From Blastocystis sp. subtype 4 (taxonomy: Eukaryota), in the NCBI RefSeq assembly GCF_000743755.1, contig NW_014569541.1, forward strand, positions 62,001-95,456: DNA of 33,456 bases, read 5' to 3'. The number at the start of each line of letters is the position of its first letter. Position 1 is the first letter of the stretch. A model generated the notes under the pieces. It was not told where the DNA came from. It was given only the letters and a program-made list of their open reading frames with translations, and did not search any database. Below, one piece after another: positions 23,879 through 33,289 of the stretch. Made by a program: the position numbers and the translations under genes.

Positions 23879-23902
23879 ATGGCGCAACCAACGAGAGAAC
23901 AC

Positions 23903-23910
23903 AACAAACA
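23903..23910 (-). terminator. TGTTTGTT polyadenylation motif (frataxin)
   Basis: CAC TTC T|GTGT TGTTTGTT: an in-frame T is at -5. Confidence 0.85.
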
Positions 23911-23914
23911 ACAC

Positions 23915-24452
23915 AGAAGTGCATATCTACACCAAATAACGATTTCATTTCCTTGGCAAGAAGACTGTTGATATCATCATTAACTCTTCTAGTATTCTTC
24001 ACTCCATCCTGTTCTTCCACCTCCAGCCACTTCTTGGTATTGAAATCATACTCAAATCGTTTGGGTCCACTACAAGTAACTCTCATAATTCACTTCTACC
24101 TAATCGGAGAGGACCACCAAATCTGCATATTTGGACTTTGCTTGTTTATCACGTAATTACCCTTAGATCCCATACTAATCGATAAAACTCCGCTCTTTAT
24201 CATTAACACTATCGATTAAAGCATACTGCAATGTCGTAATCGAGATTGTCACAATCATCGGAGACTCCATCTAATGCAGTTTGAATAGCATCAAGTTCTT
24301 CATCAACCAGTTTATTATACTCTGCTGCACTACCAGCAAAAGCACTACGCATCGTTCTAGAACCACGAAAGCTACAAGGATCGTGTTGCTGCAATTTGCT
24401 TCACCACTCTCCGAGAAGGCAACGAAAGTAAGGAACGCTTCAAGGCCAACAT
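23915..24452 (-). CDS. FXN: Frataxin (Fe-S cluster assembly) with presequence; stop inferred to be created by polyadenylation
   Basis: EYNKLVDEELDAI...DYDIA|SGVLSISMGSKGNYVINKQSPNMQIWWSSPI|SGPKRFEY...LLAKEMKSLFGVDMHF. Arg/Ser/Leu-rich N-terminus; three short introns. Confidence 0.93.
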
Positions 24453-24470
24453 GACCAAACGAATACTTCC

Positions 24471-24478
24471 AACAAACA
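24471..24478 (-). terminator. TGTTTGTT polyadenylation motif (TCTP)
   Basis: Exact motif 23 nt after the TAA. Confidence 0.75.
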
Positions 24479-24501
24479 AAACAAGAACCATCAGAATGAA
24501 T

Positions 24502-25137
24502 TTAATATCTCTCAGTGTACATTCCATCCTTGAAGAAGTGGAAGGTAGGCTTCACTCCATCGACATATTCGCAGACAACAATCATTTCCTGAAGGTGGCT
24601 GAGACCGGAAGCATCCTTTCCAGCAGCCTCGGCCTTCTCCTTCATCTCACGGATCTTATCTTCCTAGAGATTATTCTTCACCAAATATGACTCACCTGAG
24701 CATCGTAATCAACAGTTCCATGATAGTAGTCATAATCACCGAAGTTCTTCAGGATCTTCTTGACCCATTCGTTCATCTCGTTGACGAAGGCCTCCTCTCT
24801 TGAAGGATTGGTCTCCTTCAGCAGCATGCGCACCTGCTTCACATACTTCTTAATCATAGCAGTGAAGGTCTTCTTGTCCAGAGCAGTCTCGTCTGTGTAC
24901 TGCAGGAGACTACACACTCAGTCCGGTTCAATAATCCTACTTGTGGTTCTGAACAACATCCAGGATCTTCTCCAGCTCGGGATCCTCAGCGTCCTCCTTA
25001 GGAACCATGGTAGCCTCAACTGAGTACCTACAGAATTACACTAGATTTAAACGAAACTACAGGAGATCAGTCTCAGTGTGGGGGAGAGAGTCAGAAACGA
25101 GCTCGCAGCATCCGAAATGGTCAAAGTACACAATCAT
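24502..25137 (-). CDS. TPT1: Translationally controlled tumour protein (TCTP)
   Basis: MIVYFDHFGCCELVSDS...ILDVVQNH|LLQ...LDKKTFTAMIKKYVK...WVKKILKNFGDYDYYHG...DGVKPTFHFFKDGMYTERY. Three introns of 31-33 nt. Confidence 0.9.
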
Positions 25138-25372
25138 TATTCGAACAAGCCACTAGGGAAAGAATATGTGAGAGTGGAGAAAATGGATGGCAATGAATGG
25201 TCGAAATCATTTCATTGGTTCCTGCCTGATCTTTATTATAAATGACAGAAAGCATCTGTTCGTGCAGATAAACATGATTCTATCGAATCTAGAGTCTTTG
25301 ATGGAAAAAGGAACAACTCTCATGACTCAAAGATGTGGAAGTGAAACAAAGATGACAACATAACAAATATCA

Positions 25373-26434
25373 TTATTTAGGAATATACATAGGTTCTTCG
25401 TTAGATATATTAACCCCTCTATAGATGACACACTTATCTCAAACTCACTTGTAACTACCACCGAAAGGATTGTACGTCTCAAGAGCATCCTTTTCATCTT
25501 CATCTTCTTCAACTGGCTGGTGGGATGCAGATTGAGTGGACTTTTGTGTTGTTTTCTTTTCATTCGTTTTCTTCTCTTTGCTCGATTTCATCACTGCTTG
25601 TTCATATTGTTTCTCTCGTTTCTCCAGATCAGCTTCTGTAAGCTTTGTTACTGAGACCGTTTTCCAGCTTCCAAACTATTAATTACCATGCGAGAGATAA
25701 AATACAAGATCTTCCTCTGTCATTGTCGATTCATAATCAAAGTTGTATTTGATTGGCTTTTCTTCTTGTTGAGGAGATTCTGAATTTTCAGCTTTATCGG
25801 TTACTTCTGGAGTATCTTCTGGAAGAGGAGGTGGAGGAGGGATGTTTCCTTTGGATGCATCATAGATAACCGGTCCATTGCTAGTTCCTGCATCAGCTGG
25901 TGTCAACTGTGTACCATAGGGTGCTCCGTAGAATGTTCCATAGGATGAGGTGGATGATGTCATCGTAGATTGTCCTGGGACTTGAATGGACATCGGTAAT
26001 GGAGGTGGAGGAGGAATTACACCATTATAAACAATAGGTTGAGTAGGATAGGGACGAACTGTATCATAGGCAATTTGAATAGGAGGGCGGTCAAAATAGG
26101 CAGCATAGGAATTCTTCTTTGATACAGGCTTGCGTGACACTCCAGTCATGGCTCCACGAGCCTCCTACAACTCATTTCTCTTAATCACACCTACTTCCTC
26201 TGCTTTCTTAATAATTTTTGCTACCTCACGCTCCTTTGCAGCTTGACGTTCCTTGGTAGTCTTTTGCCTGTCTAGAAAACGTTCCACATTCTGTTTATGA
26301 CGTTCCGAGTTTTCGTGATTCTCTCTGTTCTACAGATTACTCGATTCCAACATCAAAACAATCTTATTGTCAACACACCAATAATTGCAATAGGTGCAAT
26401 GGTATCGTGGCAACGACTTCCAATAGGATGACAT
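25373..26434 (-). CDS. U1-C/matrin-type zinc-finger protein, WBP4/FBP21-like N-terminus, proline-rich middle
   Basis: MSSYWKSLPRYHCTYCNYWCVDNKI|NRENHENSERHKQNVERFL resembles the WBP4 N-terminus (YWKSQPKKFCDYCKCWIADN...HE.GKNHKENV, from memory). Two PPPPPLP motifs; ends YNPFGGSYK|GVNISNEEPMYIPK TAA, followed by TATTTGTT. Four short introns. Confidence 0.75.
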
Positions 26435-26538
26435 CTATCCCCAAGAGAAAGAAAAACGAGATTAGCACAAGTGGCAACTTTTCTTGTCACTATTTTCCAC
26501 ATGGAGAACGAGAATTCCGTAATCACTATAGAAATGAA

Positions 26539-27133
26539 ATGAACTACAAGGAACCCAGCTTTCTGTGGTATTCAATTGCCATGTTGTACAAATACAGTAC
26601 TCTACCCGTCATTGCGAGTGTTGCTTATATCGTTTTGATTGCAAAGGACTGGCCATTTGTTTATGGTTTGGTTGGATGGGATGAATGACCCATAGAGAAT
26701 CACTCTGTTTCTGTCTTTTGTATTCTTGTACGAGAATGGATGTGACATCCTAATTATTAGTGCTTTGTTCTCATTGGTATTCTCACCTTGATGATCACCA
26801 TTGAATCTCAACCATCCTACTTTGTACTGAATGCTAGTATTATTGAGAGATAGACTCGAATCTATCCAGACAACTTAATCAGGGACAGTGAATCCTTCAT
26901 TATCCATTATCGTCTTTTCATCACATCCTTACGATGGTTCTGGCTCATAACTGTCTTTTATCTCTTGTGCATCAATAGTTTTCTTCCTTCGTGTAAGGAC
27001 TCCCTTTCTCTCCAAATCTGTCACTGGCAACTCTTCTTTTCCAAGACAACTCTGGGTTATCTACTTGCTATTGGTGTTCTCATCTTCGTGTATGTGTACA
27101 TAGTAAGATCTACAACAAAACAAAAGAAAGATT
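26539..27133 (+). CDS. Uncharacterised ~4-TM membrane protein; stop inferred to be created by polyadenylation, ending KQKKD
   Basis: Three introns of 30-33 nt give MNYKEPSFLWYSIAM...TLPVIASVAYIVLIA...VFCIL|CFVLIGILTLMI...WFWLITVFYLLCI...LGYLLAIGVLIFVYVYIVRSTTKQKKD. Start uncertain. Confidence 0.65.
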
Positions 27134-28398
27134 CATGTGTTTGTTAAACGATTTACAATAAGATCTACAGTCAGTGGATGATATCGAGCCATATGCTGAA
27201 ATACAATCTTGGACAGTCTATGTATCATCATCAACTCAATATAATACGTATCAGGAAGGGTTTTAGCAAAAGAAGCATATCCAAGGACTTGAACACCTTC
27301 CATCACCCAACTCGAGGTAGCAGTATTATATGAGACTCCTTGAATAGAACAATGGACAAGAGAATCATCATCAATTTCAGGAAGTGTTACATCCATCACA
27401 CCGATCCCTTCAATGGAAACCAAGGTGTGATCCTTATAAAGTAACTATCTATTACCTCTCAATATCAACTGTACAGTAACTTCTTGAATATCACGCACTT
27501 TTCCAGTAGCATCAGTATCAATGAAATACTGAGAACAATGAGAATCTTTCCAGAGTAACTGTAAAGGGGTACTTCCTTCTTCGATTCGACCGAAACGTCT
27601 ACTATTGATCGATACGAGAATCCATACTCCACAAACAATAGACCATTGAGAGGAATATTGGCATTCCAAGAATAGAACGATAACAAGGAAGGAACATCAC
27701 ATGAAGAGTATGGAATGGGAATGATAGGGAACCGTCGATCTTGATAGAGAAGGAAGTAATTATCTTCAGAGAGCTAGAAATCAACGAACCATGGAAACAC
27801 TACGCGACTTGTTACTGTAAAGAGACGGGACTCTGCTTCAGACTCACTATAATCCACATTGTTGAAATAGATCACATCCATTACGAATACACTATTATCA
27901 CTCAGAATAACGTCAAAAACACAGTTTCCTCGATAGTTGAGTCTATTCATCATAACGTTATTTTATCTATACACACTACCGGGTAGATTTGATTTTACAA
28001 CCTTAGAATATCCATTTACGGATCGGAGAATTGTCTTCCCTCGTTTTGATGACAAAATATAACGTTTGCCTTCTGGTCGTGGCATAACAAGCCAATTTGC
28101 ATTCAAATCTGGTGGAATTTCAATCATCCACTCTGGAAGACACAAAGTGGAACTGAATCTCCTTCGACGTTCTAAATCCTTTAGTGCTTCTGGTTTTCGT
28201 TTTGTTTCTTCTACCATTCGAACAGATTGCGTTTCATCCACAGCCAACAACACTTTTTCCCGTCTCTTCCTACACATTAGATGCAGCAAACTCCATAAAC
28301 GCAATCATTTCATCTCTTCGCTGGCGGTTGCGATCAAGCATCTCCTTTCGTCGTTTCTCCTGTAGAATAGAGAACGATTTGATCTTCACCCCCTCCAT
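27133..28398 (-). CDS. SNUPN: Snurportin-1 (m3G-cap snRNP import adaptor)
   Basis: IBB-like QEKRRKEMLDRNRQRRDEMIAKRR; LCLPEWMIEIPPDLNANWLVMPRPEGKR; NGLLFV; GSTPLQLLWKDSHCSQYFIDTD; PDTLSKIVFQHMARYHPL. Six introns of 29-31 nt. Confidence 0.9.
27138..27145 (+). terminator. TGTTTGTT polyadenylation motif of the 4-TM gene, lying inside the snurportin CDS
   Basis: GAT T|CATG TGTTTGTT: an in-frame T is at -5. The opposite strand reads TTA ACA AAC ACA TGA. Confidence 0.8.
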
Positions 28399-28414
28399 TC
28401 AATCAATCGTCTTC

Positions 28415-28422
28415 AACAAACA
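28415..28422 (-). terminator. TGTTTGTT polyadenylation motif (MAP2K)
   Basis: AAA TAG|AACT TGTTTGTT: the stop ends exactly at -5, giving a zero-length 3' UTR. Confidence 0.8.
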
Positions 28423-28426
28423 AGTT

Positions 28427-29679
28427 CTATTTCTTTTTGCTTTTCAACCAATCTGATACAATTTGCATACTAACTTCTTTTGCTACACATTAGCTACATT
28501 AATGACTATCACTAATAGGCTTTCCATCAAGTCGAAGATACCTATCTTTGATTTTCAGTTGTGGGAGCATCCTTAAACGTTCTTCTTTCAACCAGTCAGA
28601 CAAAAATGCAACCAATTCAGGATTCAGTTGACCTACATGTTAATGTCTACACTCTTACTGGTACGAAAAAAAGTATCGAATCCATATTGTGTAATACTTG
28701 TTGCCAACTATCTCTCATAACCACATTTCATACCCACATCCACATGTGAAACACTACTTTGAATTGGATAATACCCTAGAGCCGCCTCCATAATAACCAA
28801 TGCCATGGACCAATAGTCGCATTTGTATCTATCCATTGAGAATATGAGGAAAACAAACGTGTAATCTTCGGAGAGCAAGCGTTCTGGACTCATGTATCGC
28901 AGGGTTCCAACAAACGTGCGACACGAACCTACTTGTTAATCAAAGAACTCTTATTCACTCTGTCTCTTGCTAATTCCAAAATCGGAGAGTTTTACACTAC
29001 CATTACTATGAAGGAGAATATTACTAGGTTTGATGTCGCGATGGGTGATTCCAGCTTTACGGATCTCAGAGAGAGCACATACCAACTGCCAAGTAATGCA
29101 ACGAAGAACGCGATCTGGGATTGGAGATTCTCGTGAATACCACTTGAGATAAATTCACTCATTTAAAACCCACATGGTCCAAAGAACCGCTATCCATGTA
29201 CTCCAAGACAATACACACACTTCCTTCTTCAAAATAAAACCCCTTCCTTTGTACAATACTATACGTCAAAGTTAGACACTAAATCAACTATTCCGTTGCT
29301 GTGATACTTGACATACTTTCCTCCTCATGGATCAGTTGATCCCGATTTGCTTTATCGGTTGTCATTATTTTCTACCTCTTACTCTCGATCTCCACCTATA
29401 ACCTTCACAGCCACATCAATATTATTTGAAATATCATGGTATAGAGACACCATACCTGACGCACCACACCCAAGTGTCCGAATGAACCGCAAATTGGAAT
29501 CATTGTATCCCTACGACTCAACACCTTCAATCACAAATACAGCCTATAGAATAATCAAATAAAAGAATTCTTACCTCAATTGCCTTGCTACCTCGAACAA
29601 AGCGGTTATCGGTGAAACGATAGGATTCCCGGTAGTCCACACTTGATAAATCGAGAGAAGGATGAAGCTTTCGACTCAT
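28427..29679 (-). CDS. MAP kinase kinase (STE7/MEK family)
   Basis: [80 protein letters not shown]. Many introns of ~30 nt; the C-terminal exon structure is less certain. Confidence 0.88.
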
Positions 29680-30013
29680 TTATTGCGATCACAGCAATTA
29701 CTGATTGTGCAACCTATTTGATTCGATAGATTCTAAAGTAGAAGCCGGTGATGTTGGTGAGCTCTTTTGTGTCATTTCAGTTTATTGACGATTCCCTTGT
29801 TCAAGATCTTCTATGGGGATTCTATCTTTTCTGCTAGCATCAAATGACAAATTGTCAATAGAATGAAACAGTTTGACAAGTATAGAAAATCGGTACTATT
29901 TTTTACAATAATCCATAAATAGGTCTGATCCGTGGGATTGCAGTTTCAGAAGGTTCTGGAAATGCAACATCATCTTCCTTAGATTCTTTCGTGATCACCC
30001 TAATTTGTGCAGA

Positions 30014-31244
30014 ATGAAGTATACTACGTTATTCATTGCTGTTCTGAGCCTTGCTATGGCTGAGATCTACTTCCAGGAGAAGTTTGAGGAGGGTTGGATT
30101 TTCAAGGGATGGGTTAGCGTTAGGATATGAAGACCGTTGGGTTAAGCCAACTCAGTGGAAGAAACCTGAGGAGATGGGTGAATGGGCTTGGACTGCTGGC
30201 AAGTGGTATGCTGACGCCGAGGATAAGGGTATTCAGACTTCTCAGGATGCTCGTTTCTATGGTTATTCAGCCAAGATGAACAATGTTTTCAACAATGAGG
30301 GAAAGACTCTTGTCCTTCAGTTCACGACCAAGTATGAGCAGGATATCGATTGCGGTGGTGCATATATTAAACTGCTTCCTTCTGGACTGGATCAGGCTTC
30401 CTTCGGTGGTGACTCTGAGTATTCCATCATGTTCGGACCTGATGTATGCGGAGCATGTAATATCATTGTTTTCCACTGACTTGTAGCTAACAAGAAGACC
30501 CATATCATTTTCCACTACAAGAATCAGAACTTGGAGTCCACTGAGAAGTTCCGAGCTGTGATCGATAACCTCTCTCACATGTACACTCTGATCATTCGTC
30601 CTGATAACACCTTTGAGTACCGTATTGATGGTGTGCAGGAGGCCAACGGAAAGCTGGAGGAGGGATGGAACTTCCTTGCTCCTCGTACGATTCCTGATCC
30701 TACCGACAAGAAGCCTGCTGATTGGGTTGATGAGGCCCAGATTCCTGACCCTGAGGACAAGAAGCCTGCTGATTGGGATGATGAACCTGCTGAGATTCCT
30801 GATCCCTCTGCAACCAAGCCTGAGGATTGGGATGACGAGGATGATGGTGAGTGGGAGGCTCCTATGATTCCTAACCCTGAGTACAAGGGTGAGTGGACTC
30901 CTAAGATGATTGATAATCCCGATTACAAGGGTGAGTGGACTCCTAAGATGATTCCCAATCCTGATTTCGTGGAGGATGATGCTATTTACAATGTGTGCAA
31001 GAATTGTGAGTATGTGGGCTTTGAGCTGTGGCAAGTCAAGTCTGGAAGCATTTTTGATGATATCATTGTCACTGACTCTATTGAAGAAGCTGAGGCCTTT
31101 GCTAAGGAAACCTTCTTCAAGAAGGTTGAGGGCGAGAAGAAGATGTATGATGAAATGAAGGAGGCCGAGAAGAGAGCTCAGGAAGAGGAATTGGCTGCTG
31201 CTGGAGATGCTGAGGATGAGGATATTGATGACGAAGAGCTGTAA
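30014..31244 (+). CDS. CALR: Calreticulin
   Basis: Signal peptide MKYTTLFIAVLSLAMA; IQTSQDARFY, KYEQDIDCGGAYIKL, IMFGPDVCG; P-domain repeats; ELWQVKSGSIFDDI; acidic tail ending DEEL. Two introns (31 and 30 nt). Confidence 0.97.
30882..30953 (+). repeat. Exact 30-bp direct repeat within calreticulin P-domain type-B repeats
   Basis: TACAAGGGTGAGTGGACTCCTAAGATGATT at 30882-30911 and 30924-30953. Confidence 0.85.
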
Positions 31245-31313
31245 AGTGGTTACAGTGTTTGTGAGAATCATGTTTTTACAACAAACTCATTGGCTTCAAT
31301 GAAGACGAATCAG

Positions 31314-31718
31314 TTAGTGCATAGCAACCTCCACCTGCACAGAAGCATCAATCTGAATGGTAGTGATGCTCTTCACAACCTCCATAGGACTACACATTAA
31401 CATTTCCTAATTGCTTCCTACGCGACGAGATCAATCACTCTCTTGTGAATTCTCATCTCCAGATGCTCCCAGGTGTTGGTTCCCTCTCCGCAAGGAGACT
31501 TACGGGTGGTGATGCGGAGGAACTTGGTAGGCATACGCACAGGTCCAGACACCTTAACGTTCTTGCTTAGAGCGAGACGCTTGATTTCCGAACAAACTAT
31601 AAAAATAAACTTCTCACCTCCACAAAATCATACCCTTCTCCACGGCCTTCACGTTGGTCGAAACCAGAGTAATACGAATGCGGTGCACTTCCTCGTTGAC
31701 AACTTTATCCTTCTCCAT
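31314..31718 (-). CDS. RPS20: 40S ribosomal protein uS10 (S20)
   Basis: [23 protein letters not shown]...[40 protein letters not shown]. Two introns. Confidence 0.97.
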
Positions 31719-31788
31719 TGGTATAGTAAAGGGCTGTAAAACAGACGATAACCTGAACTATGTTATGCTTTTTCGCCTCAAACAGTCA

Positions 31789-31821
31789 ACATGTTCAGTG
31801 ATTGGATGAGCATGATAATCA
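31789..31821. promoter_or_regulatory. Candidate ribosomal-protein bidirectional promoter module, copy 2
   Basis: ACATGTTCAGTGA, ATTGG (inverted CCAAT), ATGAGCA and TGATAATCA, all shared with 22472-22514. Confidence 0.45.
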
Positions 31822-32046
31822 AAAGAAGCGGTTTGATACTCGATGTCGAATTTATACAGGAATTGTGTCTGTATGAACCTTAATCTACTTTGTAATCATC
31901 AATTATTGCACTGGAGTTCCTGTTCGTTATCCAAATGTATGTATATTGCTAATTTTGTGAAATGGAACAAATTGTGGTGGAAGGAAAAGAAGTGGCAAGT
32001 TCCAACTTAGATTCCTTTGATATTCCTTTCTAACATTTGTTAATAG

Positions 32047-32572
32047 ATGGAGAGAATCGATAAGAGTGTCATTACTACTGCTAAGGATGTGGAAGCTATG
32101 AAGCTGATTCAGGCTTACGCTGACTTCTTGAAGCGTTCTGGAAAGATTGAGCTTCCCAAGATGCACGATATCATGAGAACTCGTGTGTTCAGTGACTACA
32201 TTCCTCTCGATGAGGACTGGTACTACATTCGTTGTGGTAGATAGTTTATTGAGGTGTTCATACATAGCTGCTATTGCTCGTCACCTGTACATGAGACCTT
32301 GTGTTGGAATTAACTCTCTGAGAGAGCACTTTGGTGGAAAGCATCGTAATGGTGTGCGTCATTCTTACCATGATCATGTATGCTAGTTTATTTGGTTTGA
32401 GAAGTAGGCTAATGGAACCATCATCCGCAGTGCTATTCACAATCTGGAGAAGATGGGTCTGGTTGAAGAGGCTAAGAACGGGTAGTTCTAGTGGTCTCCG
32501 TTGATATGTAGAGGCCGTAAGCTGACTAAGGCTGGACAGAAGGAGTTGGATCTCATTGCCAGACAGATCTGA
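32047..32572 (+). CDS. RPS19: 40S ribosomal protein eS19 (S19)
   Basis: AKDVEAMKLIQAYADFLKRSGKIELP...DWYYIRC|AAIARHLYMR...FGGKHRNGV...IIRSAIHNLEKMGLVE...G|RKLTKAGQKELDLIARQI. Three introns of 30-31 nt, plus a probable 110-nt 5'-UTR intron (31937-32046). Confidence 0.96.
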
Positions 32573-32615
32573 ATGAAGTAGATCACTAGTGCAATATCTG
32601 TCATTTGTTTGATTG

Positions 32616-32623
32616 AAGAAACA
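32616..32623 (-). terminator. TGTTTCTT variant polyadenylation motif (ankyrin gene)
   Basis: GGC TGG T|CGAG TGTTTCTT: an in-frame T is at -5. Confidence 0.6.
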
Positions 32624-32627
32624 CTCG

Positions 32628-33266
32628 ACCAGCCATCCTCCATCACTTCAGAACGAATGCGTTCCACCAATTGTGGTGTTAGGATTTTCTTCTCTATGAA
32701 TTATATGTTCAAACAACTTCTTACCCAGGTAGTACTCAATCATATCCGCAAAGTCCTCCTCAACGGCATACCAAATTGGCTAATCCTTAATCTGAACCAA
32801 CATTCCAACTGTCTTGCCTTCATTGTTTCCGCAGTCATATTTAGCACCATGAGATAACAAGAACTCGGCACAGGTACGATCTTCACAAACCTAAATAATA
32901 ACCATATTAAACAAAGAGTACATGAAGAGGAGTATCTCCATCAACATCCTTCAGCATTACATCTACAACTCATAGCCATCAGACATTTTCACCTCCTCCA
33001 CGGTTTACAAGGAGTTCTAAAATGTCAATATGCCCGTACGAAGCAGCAGCATGTCTAAAATGAACATCCACCACAATACCAACAAAGGAGAATAACCAGA
33101 GGAATCCTGTGCATTGGGACTGACTCCAGAATCCAGAAAACGCTTCACTGCATCAATATTCCCGTCTCCGGCAGCAACCATAATATTGTCGTCGGAGTAT
33201 GAGTCCTATTAATAACAGCACCTATTAACGAACGACAATGAGTCCCAGAACTTCTGTTATATTCAT
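32628..33266 (-). CDS. Small ankyrin-repeat protein (resembles yeast Ycr051w); stop inferred to be created by polyadenylation
   Basis: NIMVAAGDGNIDAVKRFLDSGVSPNAQDSSGYSPL|HAAASYGHIDILELLVNRG...DVDGDTPLH|VCEDRTCAEFLLSHGA..NNEGKT|PIWYAVEE. Six introns of ~30 nt. Confidence 0.85.
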
Positions 33267-33289
33267 GTATAATGTATGAATTGTCTTTC

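Noticed and set aside
2981..28398. Functional clustering (HAT with RBBP5, SDHB with frataxin, WBP4-like with snurportin)
   Set aside because: Plausible by chance among housekeeping genes in a compact genome; no shared regulatory sequence seen except for the RP pairs.
30690..30965. Short direct repeats with spacers, superficially array-like
   Set aside because: In-frame calreticulin P-domain repeats in the normal number; not CRISPR or a mobile element.
30267..31271. 334-aa ORF antisense to calreticulin
   Set aside because: Shadow frame caused by biased codon usage and repeats on the sense strand; no recognisable motifs.
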